Assembly (NCBI GenBank): GCA_040389905.1
Contig: JAZJZK010000041.1
Span: 18,798 to 82,797 of the forward strand
DNA: 64,000 bases
From: Gemmatimonadota bacterium
Lineage (GTDB): Bacteria; Gemmatimonadota; Gemmatimonadetes; Gemmatimonadales; Gemmatimonadaceae
Reading direction: 5' to 3'
This document shows positions 10,225 to 19,746 of the stretch, piece after piece. The position numbers were made by a program, and so were the translations under genes. Each line of letters begins with the position of its first letter. The first letter of the stretch is position 1. The notes beneath the pieces are model-generated. The model searched no databases, was not told the origin of the DNA, and saw nothing but the letters and a program-made list of their open reading frames with translations.

Positions 10225-11232
10225 ATGCGCAGTCGTTCTCTGTTTCTGCTCCCAATACTTCTTTCGGTAGCTCCAGCGGTTGAGCTCGCAGGGCAGGGCT
10301 ATATCTCGCCGTACGACGTGTTCGTCTTCGGAGACTTCACGCACATCAACAGCGAGACGAATGGCCGCATCGCCATCGGTGGAAATGCCGACATGACCAA
10401 TTGGGGAGTTGGCCAGTTCCTCCCAGTCGGCTACTCCGATTATAGCCTCGTCGTTCGCGGCAACCTCACGAGTCTCGAGGGAGGCGTCTTCCAGGGTCGT
10501 ACGTACGTGGGGGGCACGATCAGCGCCGTCAATACGGGTTTCCCCGCGCAGTACCCGCCCGAGAGTGGCACATCGCCCGTATCATTCGACAGTGAGATCG
10601 CTCGTCTGACGGCCATATCGAACGGCTATGCCGCAATGGCCACCAACGCCACGACGCAGTACAACGGCGGCCAACTGCAGTTCCTCGGCGGGGCAGGGGT
10701 CAACGTCTTCTCGGTGACGATCGCAATGCTGCAGGCGGCGACCGCCGGGTATGCGTTCGTCAACCCGGGCGGTGCCACGAATATCGTGAATGTCCTCGGG
10801 AATTCGGGTACGTCGGCGTTCAATAACGACGGCTTTTTCTTCGACTGTCTCGATGCCAACGACGCGAATTCCTGCCAGACCGGCGCGAACGAGTCGACGC
10901 CCGCCGCCGCCGCACGCACCGTCTGGAACTTCAATCAGCAAACGACACTGAGCCTCGACAGTCCCGATCACGACACGCCGGTACACGGATCGCTCTTCGC
11001 GCCCAATGCGTTCGTGACGTTCGGCTATGGCGATGTCGTTGGAAATGTCGTCGTCGGCAGCGCGACGAGTCACGCCGAGTACTACGCGAATCACGATTTC
11101 GTGGGTGAGCTTCCACCGCCGTCCGAGACGCCGGAGCCCGCAACGCTGGGCCTTGTTGCCACCGGCTTCATCGGACTGGCTGGAGCGGCACGCTTGAGGA
11201 AACGGCACGCACACTCATCGCGACAGCGATGA
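10225..11232 (+). CDS. Choice-of-anchor A family surface protein with PEP-CTERM sorting signal
   Basis: Signal peptide; 'YDVFVFGD...ETNGRIAIGGNA', 'TVWNF', 'HGSLFAPNA'; C-terminal TPEPATLGLVATGFIGLAGAARLRKR (PEP + TM + basic tail). Confidence 0.85.
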   Translation: MRSRSLFLLPILLSVAPAVELAGQGYISPYDVFVFGDFTHINSETNGRIAIGGNADMTNWGVGQFLPVGYSDYSLVVRGNLTSLEGGVFQGRTYVGGTISAVNTGFPAQYPPESGTSPVSFDSEIARLTAISNGYAAMATNATTQYNGGQLQFLGGAGVNVFSVTIAMLQAATAGYAFVNPGGATNIVNVLGNSGTSAFNNDGFFFDCLDANDANSCQTGANESTPAAAARTVWNFNQQTTLSLDSPDHDTPVHGSLFAPNAFVTFGYGDVVGNVVVGSATSHAEYYANHDFVGELPPPSETPEPATLGLVATGFIGLAGAARLRKRHAHSSRQR

Positions 11233-11624
11233 CGCCCGTCTCGGTCACGGCGTCCAGAGCCAGATACATCAAGCCTTCATCATCGCGCTTCTTCGCGACG
11301 TTCGGGTTCGTCTGGCTGTCAATTAGCGTGTTCTCCGGAACGCTCCTGGTAATGCTTGCTCCTGGCGCGTCCCGTGGTGTCCTTCGCCTCGTCAGCGGAG
11401 GAGCATCCACGCCCCGGGATGCACTGGTGCTGGTGGCGCTGATCCTATTCGCGATCGGCACATTCATGCTCTCGCGGGCGATTGTTCGTTCTCTCTTTCG
11501 GCGTTCGCCGCGAGCCCGTCTGATTGCGCTCTGTGTGCTCGGCGTTCCAGCGGTCCTCAGTCTCGCGGCGTGGTCGAATCCTGGTCGCTATTTGCCAGTC
11601 GTTGTCGCAAAGGTAAAGCCGTGA
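11229..11624 (+). CDS. Small membrane protein, three TM segments
   Basis: ATGA overlap with the upstream gene; three hydrophobic segments. Confidence 0.55.
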   Translation: MTPVSVTASRARYIKPSSSRFFATFGFVWLSISVFSGTLLVMLAPGASRGVLRLVSGGASTPRDALVLVALILFAIGTFMLSRAIVRSLFRRSPRARLIALCVLGVPAVLSLAAWSNPGRYLPVVVAKVKP

Positions 11625-11658
11625 CTGGTTCGTTCCCGTCCTGAAATGCGGCAAGGGC

Positions 11659-11686
11659 AGATCCCTCGACTTCTCTCGGGATGACA
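11659..11686. repeat. Partial REP-like element (family A, right arm)
   Basis: agatccctcgacttctctcgggatgac matches the arms of the palindrome at 29310-29396. Confidence 0.6.
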
Positions 11687-11738
11687 TCCATGACGCGTCC
11701 TGCCGGAATTTCCCGTCGGCGTAGCCACCGGCACAAGG

Positions 11739-11832
11739 AACGCGGATTGAGCGGATGGAGGCGGATCACTTCGGATCCTGCGCAGTTGGTTGATCAGGTT
11801 TTCTCTATTTTCAAATTCGCTCGATCCGCGTT
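11739..11832. repeat. Imperfect palindromic element (family C, CGGAT 9-bp periodic)
   Basis: aacgcggattgagcggat ... attcgctcgatccgcgtt, 18-bp arms with 2 mismatches, between convergent genes. Confidence 0.6.
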
Positions 11833-11861
11833 CTCGACTGCGGTGCAGCAATCTCGCGTCG

Positions 11862-14354
11862 TCAGGACCTCGCTGCGGGAGCGGGCGCTAACGGGTTCGA
11901 TCTCACCCACCTGCGCATCGCGCCAAAGCGCGGCTGATCCTCGAGTCGCTGCACGCCCACAACGAAGTGCACGCGCAATGGCGACTCCACGGCACGGCTG
12001 AAAATCACGGTGCCTCGACCCGCGATCGTCGTGCCAGGTACGTCCCAGCGCATGATCACCCCCGGCTCGACGGGATGATGGAGAATCAGGCGAACCCCGC
12101 CGCGGCTCTCCTCTTCGAGGAGGCCCATCCCGAGCTCCATCTCGCCATCGTCGATCGTCTGTGACACCAATGCCGGCAATCCCACGACGGATCGTCGTCC
12201 ATCGCGCGGGTTCGTGAATCGCTGCACGGCGTTCTCCACGACATCGAGGCTCTGCCGAAACTTTTGCCTGGAGAGTGGGATGGCGTGATGCGCCGTATTC
12301 AGCTCGATGGCGTCGCGCGTCTCGAGCGGCAGGTCGAGGAAGATCACACCGTGTGCGTACACGGTTCCGTAGGAGGTCTGCAGCGCCGAGCTGTGGGTAA
12401 CCGTTCCGCGCGTCGCGACCGTCCCCGATGCGAGGGGAAGCGGGATGTCCACGATCGTTCCTGCTTCGAACTCTCGCGTCGTCCGGAACGAGAGTCCGGA
12501 TGAGTTGATGTCGATCGTCGTGGAAGGCACCAAGTCACCCGTCAATACCCCGTCGACGACGGTGCAGACGCTGGTGGGAAGCCGCTGCGCGAACCGATAG
12601 TCGCCGCGCAATTGCTTCGACCTGATGCTGTGGCGCACCACGTACAATGCGAAGTACATGTTCCAGCCAAGCCACATGCCGTTGACGACGAACGCCGTGG
12701 AGAGGCCCCCGCCGTCGTGATAGTCGATCCAACCAAAGCTCCGCGCGACGAGCGCCCACACGAACGCGGTGAAGGAAACGATCGCCAGATACAACTGCGG
12801 TGCATAGGTCTTGAACGGGACGTCGCCCACGCCTTTCGGCGTCACGTTGAATTTGAGCGGCTTCCGCGCGAAGTACCCCGACGTGGCGAGAATGAACGTC
12901 CAGAAGCGCGTCATGTTGTAGCGCTCGGAGATCAGCATGTAGCCCGTCCCGCGCGACAGCAGCTCGAAGCTCACGATCGTGAGCAGCATGTACGGCACGA
13001 GCCGGATGAGCAATGCCTGGTTGTCCACGCGCACCGGCATGATGCCGAAGAGAAAGAACATCACTGGCGCGAGATAGAACACCAGCCGCTGCATGCCATC
13101 CAGGTACACGATCACCGACGAGAAGTACGAGAGCTTCTGCTTCCAGTCGAGCCCTTTCACGAACAGGGGATTCATCTTGCGCAGGATCTGCATGGAACCC
13201 TGGCCCCAGCGCAGCCGCTGCACGTGATACTGCGCGGCCGACGCTGGTGCGAGACCGTACGCAAGCGTCTCTCCGTGATAGAAGGACTTCCATCCCCGCG
13301 CATGCAACATCATCGATGTTTCCATGTCCTCCGTGATCGTCTGGACGGAGAAGCCGCCAATCTCGTCGATCGCGGTGCGCCGGAGAACGCCACAGCTACC
13401 ACAGAAGAACGCCGCGTTGATGCGGTCTTTCCCCGGTTGGATGAGGGAGAAGAACAGCCGGTTCTCCTCCCACATCTGGCCCTGCTCGTCGTTCACGACA
13501 TGGGTGAACGAATCGGTATTGTAGAAGTCCTGCGGAGACTGCACGAACGCCAGCTTCGGATCGTTGAAGTAGCCGAGCAGGCGATCGAGGATGTTGGGGA
13601 GGGGAACGTGATCCGCGTCGAGTTGCAGGATGAACTGCCCGGACGTCACCGTGAAGGCGTTGTTCAAATTGCCCGCCTTGGCGTGCGCGTTGCCCTCGCG
13701 CCGGATGTAGCCGACGCCGAGCTCGCTGGCCATTGCCTTCACTTCATCACGCTTGCCGTCGTCGAGCAGGAACGTCTTGTGGGGATAGCGAATCGCTCGC
13801 GCGCCAATCGCCGTGCGCCGCAGGAGCTGGAGCGGCTCGTCGTAGCTCGTGATGAAGACGTCAACCTCGAGGCCGTCCGGCGCCAGCGGCGGCTCGCGGT
13901 GCACGAGGCGCCACGCCGTGAAGATGAAGACGGCCATGCTGACGAGCCCGTATGTCTCGGCGAGCACGAGGACCAGGGAGAAAACCGGCTGATCCCAATT
14001 CAGCGACGAGCGCCACCGCCAGGCAATCCAGTAGACGCCGAATCCGTACGCGAAGAGCGCGATGCCGCGGATTAAGCGCTCGTGGGTCTCGGAAAGCCGG
14101 GGAATCGTGTTCGCCGACAGCGCCGGGCGTAGCGATTTCGCCGCGGAGGGCGTGTGGTCAGTTGGGTGTGTCGTGGGGCTCCCGATGCTCGAGGCTGGAG
14201 ATTGCGCACTACACCAGTGCAGAGGTCGGGCCGTGGTAATCTTTTGTTTCGGTTTCCATTGGAGCCCGTTGGCCTGCGAACATCGGTTGATCAGCTGTTC
14301 CGGACGCTGTAACGGTGAGAGTCGCGGCCGTGGAGGGCGCGGAGCCTGACGCAA
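11862..14354 (-). CDS. bcsA: Cellulose synthase catalytic subunit-like GT2 glycosyltransferase with two PilZ-like domains; true start uncertain (protein-like sequence begins near 14120)
   Basis: Motifs DVFITSYDEP, LLDDG, HAKAGNLN, QLDADH, QSPQDFYN, FFCGS, TED, QRLRW, FNVTPK; C-terminal RGDYR...DINSSG and RDGRR...EESRGG. Confidence 0.85.
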   Translation of the reverse strand: MRQAPRPPRPRLSPLQRPEQLINRCSQANGLQWKPKQKITTARPLHWCSAQSPASSIGSPTTHPTDHTPSAAKSLRPALSANTIPRLSETHERLIRGIALFAYGFGVYWIAWRWRSSLNWDQPVFSLVLVLAETYGLVSMAVFIFTAWRLVHREPPLAPDGLEVDVFITSYDEPLQLLRRTAIGARAIRYPHKTFLLDDGKRDEVKAMASELGVGYIRREGNAHAKAGNLNNAFTVTSGQFILQLDADHVPLPNILDRLLGYFNDPKLAFVQSPQDFYNTDSFTHVVNDEQGQMWEENRLFFSLIQPGKDRINAAFFCGSCGVLRRTAIDEIGGFSVQTITEDMETSMMLHARGWKSFYHGETLAYGLAPASAAQYHVQRLRWGQGSMQILRKMNPLFVKGLDWKQKLSYFSSVIVYLDGMQRLVFYLAPVMFFLFGIMPVRVDNQALLIRLVPYMLLTIVSFELLSRGTGYMLISERYNMTRFWTFILATSGYFARKPLKFNVTPKGVGDVPFKTYAPQLYLAIVSFTAFVWALVARSFGWIDYHDGGGLSTAFVVNGMWLGWNMYFALYVVRHSIRSKQLRGDYRFAQRLPTSVCTVVDGVLTGDLVPSTTIDINSSGLSFRTTREFEAGTIVDIPLPLASGTVATRGTVTHSSALQTSYGTVYAHGVIFLDLPLETRDAIELNTAHHAIPLSRQKFRQSLDVVENAVQRFTNPRDGRRSVVGLPALVSQTIDDGEMELGMGLLEEESRGGVRLILHHPVEPGVIMRWDVPGTTIAGRGTVIFSRAVESPLRVHFVVGVQRLEDQPRFGAMRRWVRSNPLAPAPAARS

Positions 14355-14355
14355 C

Positions 14356-14649
14356 GGCTGTGAAGGCCGATTGGAAGGCTGTGAACTGCGACTGATGGGC
14401 TGTGAACGGCAATTGGAACGCGGTGATTGCCGATTGGAGTGGTGTGATTGCTGATTGGAGCGGTGTGATTGGCGATTGGAGTGCCGTGGAACCGCTCTGG
14501 ACTCCGGTGCTGCACGACTCCGTATGCGGGAATCGCTCGCTCACCGGTGCGAACAACGTTGCAACGGGCGCTGCGCTTCCCTGTAGCGCCGCACTTTCCG
14601 GTGCAACGAGTGTGAATTGCGGTTGAACGGCTGTGAAAGCACGTTGGAC
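14356..14649. repeat. Degenerate 21-bp tandem repeat spanning 14 unit lengths
   Basis: Units such as ggctgtgaaggccgattggaa, ggctgtgaacggcaattggaa, tggtgtgattgctgattggag, cggtgtgattggcgattggag; the unit at 14629 is exactly 13x21 bp from the first. Confidence 0.8.
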
Positions 14650-14815
14650 TGCGGGCACGAACCATGGGATGCGCTCCGTATCCGGCGCAGTGCGTAAAAG
14701 GGAGTAAAGTTATCGGGAATAGATCCCTCGTCGCGAATTCTCACCGATGAGCGCGTTGGTTTGCGTGGTTTCTACGCGCGCGCGCAAAGTTCTCAACACG
14801 AATGCCGCCAAGCCG

Positions 14816-14845
14816 TTGACACTGCTTTGCGGCACTCGGTAAGTT
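14816..14845 (+). promoter_or_regulatory. Sigma70-type promoter of the nuo operon
   Basis: TTGACA (14816) - 18 bp - TAAGTT (14840), upstream of nuoA. Confidence 0.6.
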
Positions 14846-14859
14846 CATGCGCTCGGACT

Positions 14860-14877
14860 TAGTGAAAGATTTCACGA
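14860..14877 (+). promoter_or_regulatory. Putative Rex (NADH/NAD+ sensor) operator
   Basis: TAGTGAA-agat-TTCACGA versus Rex consensus TTGTGAA-N4-TTCACAA, between the promoter and the nuoA RBS. Confidence 0.7.
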
Positions 14878-14889
14878 AGTGCGGAGACT

Positions 14890-15294
14890 ATGGAACGGAC
14901 GTACCTCCCCATCCTGCTGCTCGTAGGATTTGTCGTCACCAACGCGGTGGCGATCATCCTGATCTCTCACCTGACCCTTCGCCCGCGCTACACCGCGGTG
15001 AAGCAGACGCCATACGAATCCGGAATACCGGTGCTCGGCGACGCGCGCGAGCGCTTCTCCGTGAAGTTCTATATGGTGGCGGTCCTGTTCATCATCTTCG
15101 ACATCGAAACGGTGTTCATGATCCCGTGGGGGGCTCACTTCAAGGAGCTCTCCTGCGCCGTGGACCTCGTCGGCAACGCATGCCCGGCCGGGCAAGTGTC
15201 GCTCTTCGGCCTGTATGAGATGCTCGTGTTCATCGCGATCCTCCTCGTCGGATTCGCCTACGTGTGGAAGAAGGGAGCGCTGCAATGGGACTGA
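14890..15294 (+). CDS. nuoA: NADH-quinone oxidoreductase subunit A
   Basis: [33 protein letters not shown]. Confidence 0.97.
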   Translation: MERTYLPILLLVGFVVTNAVAIILISHLTLRPRYTAVKQTPYESGIPVLGDARERFSVKFYMVAVLFIIFDIETVFMIPWGAHFKELSCAVDLVGNACPAGQVSLFGLYEMLVFIAILLVGFAYVWKKGALQWD

Positions 15295-15911
15295 GCCCGC
15301 GTCCAGAACACGATTTCGTTTCGATCAACCCGGATTCCCAGGAAAGCTGGGTCACGACGAAGCTCGACTTCCTCGTCAACTGGGGCCGAGCGAATTCGCT
15401 GTGGCCGATGCCCTTCGGAACCGCATGCTGCGCCATCGAATTCATGGCAACGGCGGCGTCGAAGTACGATCTGGCGCGCTTCGGCATGGAGCGCATGAGC
15501 TTCTCGCCGCGCCAGGCGGACGTCCTCATCTGCGCCGGCCGAGTGCCGTTCAAGCTCGCGCCGGTCATTCGGCGTATCTGGCAGCAGATGGCACAGCCCA
15601 AGTGGTGCATTTCCATGGGCGCCTGCGCCTCGTCGGGCGGCATGTTCGACAACTACGCCGTCGTGCAGGGAATCGACACGATCATCCCGGTCGATGTCTA
15701 CGTGCCGGGTTGTCCGCCACGTCCTGAAGGCTTGCTCTACGGCATCATGATGCTCCAGAAGAAGATCATGAACGAGCGCATGGCCGATTCGGCGCTCCGC
15801 GACGAGATGGAGCCAGATCCCGCGAGCCAGCTCTACATCCCGCCACGCCTCATCGACGAGCTCTCCGAACCGTTCGGCAACTCGATTCACCAGACGCGCT
15901 CGGGGCTCTGA
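15285..15911 (+). CDS. nuoB: NADH-quinone oxidoreductase subunit B
   Basis: [30 protein letters not shown]. Confidence 0.97.
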   Translation: MGLSPRPEHDFVSINPDSQESWVTTKLDFLVNWGRANSLWPMPFGTACCAIEFMATAASKYDLARFGMERMSFSPRQADVLICAGRVPFKLAPVIRRIWQQMAQPKWCISMGACASSGGMFDNYAVVQGIDTIIPVDVYVPGCPPRPEGLLYGIMMLQKKIMNERMADSALRDEMEPDPASQLYIPPRLIDELSEPFGNSIHQTRSGL

Positions 15912-15916
15912 CCAGC

Positions 15917-16615
15917 ATGGCCGGATCCTTTACTCCCGTCGTAGCAGGGCACGCGTCAACCGACGCCGCGCCAGTCACGCCAAAGAACGTCCCGCACAAG
16001 GGTGGCGACGCGAACCCCAGCGCCGCCGCGCTCAAGACACAATTCGGCGACGCCGTCATCCGCACGGACGTCGTGTGGGGCGAAACGAGTGTCGTGGTCG
16101 AGCGTTCGCGTGTCAACGACATCGTCCGCTGGCTCCATGACGATCCGTCGCAGTTGTACGACTACTGCTCCGACGTCACCGCGGTCGAATTTCGCGACCT
16201 CGAACGTGACCTCGAGGTTATCTGGCATCTTCGGTCGCTCCCCTTCCGCCGCTTCCTTCGCCTCAAGGCGCTGATCCCCAAGGGACAGCCCCTCGAAGTC
16301 CCGAGCATCTGGGACATTCACAAAGGCGTCGATTGGATGGAGCGGGAGTGCTATGACATGTTCGGCATCAAGTTCGTCGGGCATCCGGACCTGCGCCGCA
16401 TCCTCATGTGGGAGCAATACAAGGAAGGCTTTCCCCTTCGGAAGGACTTCCCACTGCGTGGACGCTTCAGTCGCTCCGAGCAACTCCGTCAGGCGCTCGC
16501 CCAGAATCCGGAAGCCAAGTACAGCATGGAAGAGCTCACGATCGCCGACGCCTTCGAAGACCTGCCGAGCGACATGAAGAAACGGCTCGGTGCCGGCGAA
16601 AAGGTGGGAGAATAA
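15917..16615 (+). CDS. nuoC: NADH-quinone oxidoreductase subunit C
   Basis: WMERECYDMFGIKFVGHPDLRRIL, FPLRKDFPL. Confidence 0.96.
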   Translation: MAGSFTPVVAGHASTDAAPVTPKNVPHKGGDANPSAAALKTQFGDAVIRTDVVWGETSVVVERSRVNDIVRWLHDDPSQLYDYCSDVTAVEFRDLERDLEVIWHLRSLPFRRFLRLKALIPKGQPLEVPSIWDIHKGVDWMERECYDMFGIKFVGHPDLRRILMWEQYKEGFPLRKDFPLRGRFSRSEQLRQALAQNPEAKYSMEELTIADAFEDLPSDMKKRLGAGEKVGE

Positions 16616-16617
16616 CG

Positions 16618-17931
16618 ATGGCGACCACCAAGCGTACGGTCGAAGTCGAACTCTCGACCACCGGACTGGACTCACGCGGACGCGCTCAGCGGGTTCCCCT
16701 CGTCACCGATCAGGCGGGCAACATCGTTCCCGTCACCGCATCACCCGCGCTGGAGCCGGACCTCGAAGGCGATCACATGCTGATCAACATCGGGCCGCAA
16801 CACCCGGCGACGCACGGCGTACTGCGCCTGGTGCTCGAGCTCGACGGCGAAACAGTTGTACGCTGCATTCCGCACATCGGCTACCTGCACTGCGGCTTCG
16901 AGAAGATCGGCGAGTACCGCCAGTACAACCAGATCATTCCCTGGACCGACCGCGAAGACTACCTCAACTCGCCCGGCAACAACGTCGCATTCGCGCTCGG
17001 CGCAGAGCGGTTGTTCGGCATAGAGATCACGGAGCGCTGCAAGGTCCTCCGCGTCATCGCCAGCGAACTGTCGCGCATCATCTCCCATTGCGTGTGGCTC
17101 GGGACCTTCTGTATCGACATCGGCGCCTTCACGCCATTCCTCTGGATCTTCCAGCAGCGCGAGCGCGTGTACAGCATGCTCGAGAGCTGGATCGGCGCGC
17201 GCCTCACGACGACGCTCACGCGCGTCGGTGGCATGGGTGCCGACATTCCGGATGGCTGGACGGAAGACCTCGCGAACTTCGTCCGCACCTTCCCGAAGGT
17301 GCTGGCCGAGTGCGACGCGATGCTCACGAAGAACGCCATTTGGGTTGGCCGCACGGTCGGGCTCGGCGCGATGTCGGCCGAGGAGGCGGTGAACTACGGT
17401 CTCTCCGGCCCCATGCTCCGCGCCTCGGGAGTCGCGTACGACGTCCGCAAGGATTTCCCGTATCTCGACTACGAAACGTACGATTTCGACGTCCCTGTGG
17501 GTTCCGCCGGTGACGTATACGATCGCTTCCTCTGCCGCATGGAGGAGCTTCGCCAGTCGGTTCGCATTCTCGACCAGGCGCTCAAGCGGCTCCCCGACGG
17601 CCCAGTCAACGTGGACGACCACCGCGTCATCCTGCCGCCCAAGTCCAAGGCGACGAGCGACATGGAAAGCATGATCCACCACTTCAAGCAGGTGATGGAA
17701 GGTCCGCGTCCTCCGGTCGGCGAGGCGTATGTCGCCGTCGAAAGCCCCAAGGGCGAGAAGGGCTACTATATGGTATCGGACGGCACATCCAAGCCGGTTC
17801 GCTGGCGCATCCGTCCACCCTCGTTCGTGAACCTCTCGGCAATTCCCAAGATGGTCGAAGGACATCTTTTGTCGGACGTCATCGCGATCAACGCTTCCAT
17901 TGACATCGTGATGGGAGAAATCGACCGATGA
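16618..17931 (+). CDS. nuoD: NADH-quinone oxidoreductase subunit D
   Basis: NIGPQHPATHGVLRL, GYLHCGFEK, ESPKGE, DIVMGEIDR; ATG at 16618. Confidence 0.97.
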   Translation: MATTKRTVEVELSTTGLDSRGRAQRVPLVTDQAGNIVPVTASPALEPDLEGDHMLINIGPQHPATHGVLRLVLELDGETVVRCIPHIGYLHCGFEKIGEYRQYNQIIPWTDREDYLNSPGNNVAFALGAERLFGIEITERCKVLRVIASELSRIISHCVWLGTFCIDIGAFTPFLWIFQQRERVYSMLESWIGARLTTTLTRVGGMGADIPDGWTEDLANFVRTFPKVLAECDAMLTKNAIWVGRTVGLGAMSAEEAVNYGLSGPMLRASGVAYDVRKDFPYLDYETYDFDVPVGSAGDVYDRFLCRMEELRQSVRILDQALKRLPDGPVNVDDHRVILPPKSKATSDMESMIHHFKQVMEGPRPPVGEAYVAVESPKGEKGYYMVSDGTSKPVRWRIRPPSFVNLSAIPKMVEGHLLSDVIAINASIDIVMGEIDR

Positions 17932-18428
17932 GCGCGCACACGGATCACGCTGAGTACGTGCCGGTCTTCGGACCGCGACGCGCGGAGCTCGACGAATTGC
18001 TCACGCGTTATCCCACGAAGATGGCAGCGTTGCTGCCCGCGCTGTGGATGGTGCAGGAAGAGCGCGGCTGGGTGCCCACGGAAGGCATGCATGAAGTTGC
18101 CGAGGTGCTCGAGTTGACGCCGGCGTATGTGAAGGGTGTGGTGTCGTTCTACACGATGTATCACCAGCACCCCGTCGCGAAGCACTTCATCCAGGTGTGC
18201 ACGACGTCGCCCTGCAACGTCTGCGGCGCTGAAGATGTCGTCAATGCGCTGCTAAAGCACACGGGCTGCGAAGAGCTCGGCGTCCAATCGCCAGACGGCA
18301 AGTATCAGGTAATCGAAGTCGAATGCCTTGGCGCGTGCGGGTTCAACACACCGCTGATGGTCAACGAGAAGTTCATCGAGTCGGTCACCGTTGAATCGGT
18401 GCCCGCGCTCCTCGCCTCACTGGGCTGA
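17928..18428 (+). CDS. nuoE: NADH-quinone oxidoreductase subunit E
   Basis: VSFYTMY, CTTSPC, ECLGAC ([2Fe-2S] ligands). Confidence 0.96.
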   Translation: MSAHTDHAEYVPVFGPRRAELDELLTRYPTKMAALLPALWMVQEERGWVPTEGMHEVAEVLELTPAYVKGVVSFYTMYHQHPVAKHFIQVCTTSPCNVCGAEDVVNALLKHTGCEELGVQSPDGKYQVIEVECLGACGFNTPLMVNEKFIESVTVESVPALLASLG

Positions 18429-18429
18429 C

Positions 18430-19746
18430 ATGGGCTTTCCACACAAGCCACACGAGCGCGAGACGCTCGTTCTTTCGAAGCACTTCGGCGAGCAGGAGGC
18501 CATTGGCCTCGATGGCTGGCGGAAGCGCGGCGGTTATCAGGCGCTCGAGAAGGCGCTCAAAATGGAGCCGGGCGAGATCGTCCAGATCGTCAAGGATTCC
18601 GGTTTGCGCGGACGCGGCGGGGCTGGTTTCCCCACCGGCGTGAAGTGGAGCTTCATGAAGCCTGGCGATGGCAAGCAACACTACCTCGCCTGCAACGCCG
18701 ACGAGTCCGAGCCCGGTACGTTCAAGGATCGCGAGATCATGCGCTGGACGCCGCACGCCCTGGTCGAGGGGTGCGCGATCGGCGCGTACGCGATCGGCGC
18801 GACGGTCGCGTACATCTATATCCGCGGCGAGTACACGGAAGCGCTCGAGAAGATGAACGCCGCGTGCAAGGAAGCGTACGCCGCGGGCATTCTCGGCACG
18901 AACGCGATGGGGACTGGCAAGACGGTTCACGTCTACGTGCACAAGGGCGCGGGTGCGTACATCTGCGGCGAAGAGACCGCCATGATGAATTCGCTCGAGG
19001 GTCGCCGGGGCAATCCGCGCATCAAGCCGCCATTTCCGGCGGTTGCGGGCCTCTTCGGCTTGCCGACGACGATCAACAACGTCGAGACGCTTGCCGCCGT
19101 ACCGCACATCCTGAACAACGGCGCCGCGTGGTACCAGAACTTCAAGCGCGCCGATAATCCGAAGAGCACCGGCACCAAGCTCTATTCCGTTTGTGGCAAC
19201 ATCCAGAAGCCCGGCAACTACGAAGTCACGATGGGATTTCCCTTCAAGGATTTCCTGTATGACCTCTGCGGCGGTCCTCTGCCCGGCCGCAAGTTCCGCG
19301 CGATCATCCCCGGTGGCATTTCCGTTCCGATTCAGACGCTCGATGAAGCGGAAGCGTCGCTGATGGATTACGAGGGCTTCGTCGCTAACGGCACGATGCT
19401 CGGCTCCGGTGGCGTCATCGTCATCGACGATGCACAGAATCTCGTGAAGCAGATCGCTCGTGCGGCGCGCTTTTTCGCCCACGAGAGCTGTGCGCAATGC
19501 ACGCAGTGCCGAGAGGGCACGGCCTGGACGACCAAGATTCTCGAGCGCATCGTCGCGGGTGACGGAACACACGAAGACTTCGATACGCTGCTGGAGATCG
19601 CGGAGAACATGACAGGCAAGACGATCTGTGTGCTCAGCGACTCGTGCGCGACACCGGTCATCTCGGGACTGACGAAGTTCCGCGGCGACTTCGAGGCGTT
19701 GATCAAGAAGAAGAAGGTCCACATGGTGCCGGCGCAGGTGGCCTGA
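18430..19746 (+). CDS. nuoF: NADH-quinone oxidoreductase subunit F
   Basis: [48 protein letters not shown]. Confidence 0.97.
   Translation: MGFPHKPHERETLVLSKHFGEQEAIGLDGWRKRGGYQALEKALKMEPGEIVQIVKDSGLRGRGGAGFPTGVKWSFMKPGDGKQHYLACNADESEPGTFKDREIMRWTPHALVEGCAIGAYAIGATVAYIYIRGEYTEALEKMNAACKEAYAAGILGTNAMGTGKTVHVYVHKGAGAYICGEETAMMNSLEGRRGNPRIKPPFPAVAGLFGLPTTINNVETLAAVPHILNNGAAWYQNFKRADNPKSTGTKLYSVCGNIQKPGNYEVTMGFPFKDFLYDLCGGPLPGRKFRAIIPGGISVPIQTLDEAEASLMDYEGFVANGTMLGSGGVIVIDDAQNLVKQIARAARFFAHESCAQCTQCREGTAWTTKILERIVAGDGTHEDFDTLLEIAENMTGKTICVLSDSCATPVISGLTKFRGDFEALIKKKKVHMVPAQVA

Noticed and set aside
14356..14649. Possible CRISPR array
   Set aside because: Contiguous degenerate 21-mers with no unique spacers and no cas genes
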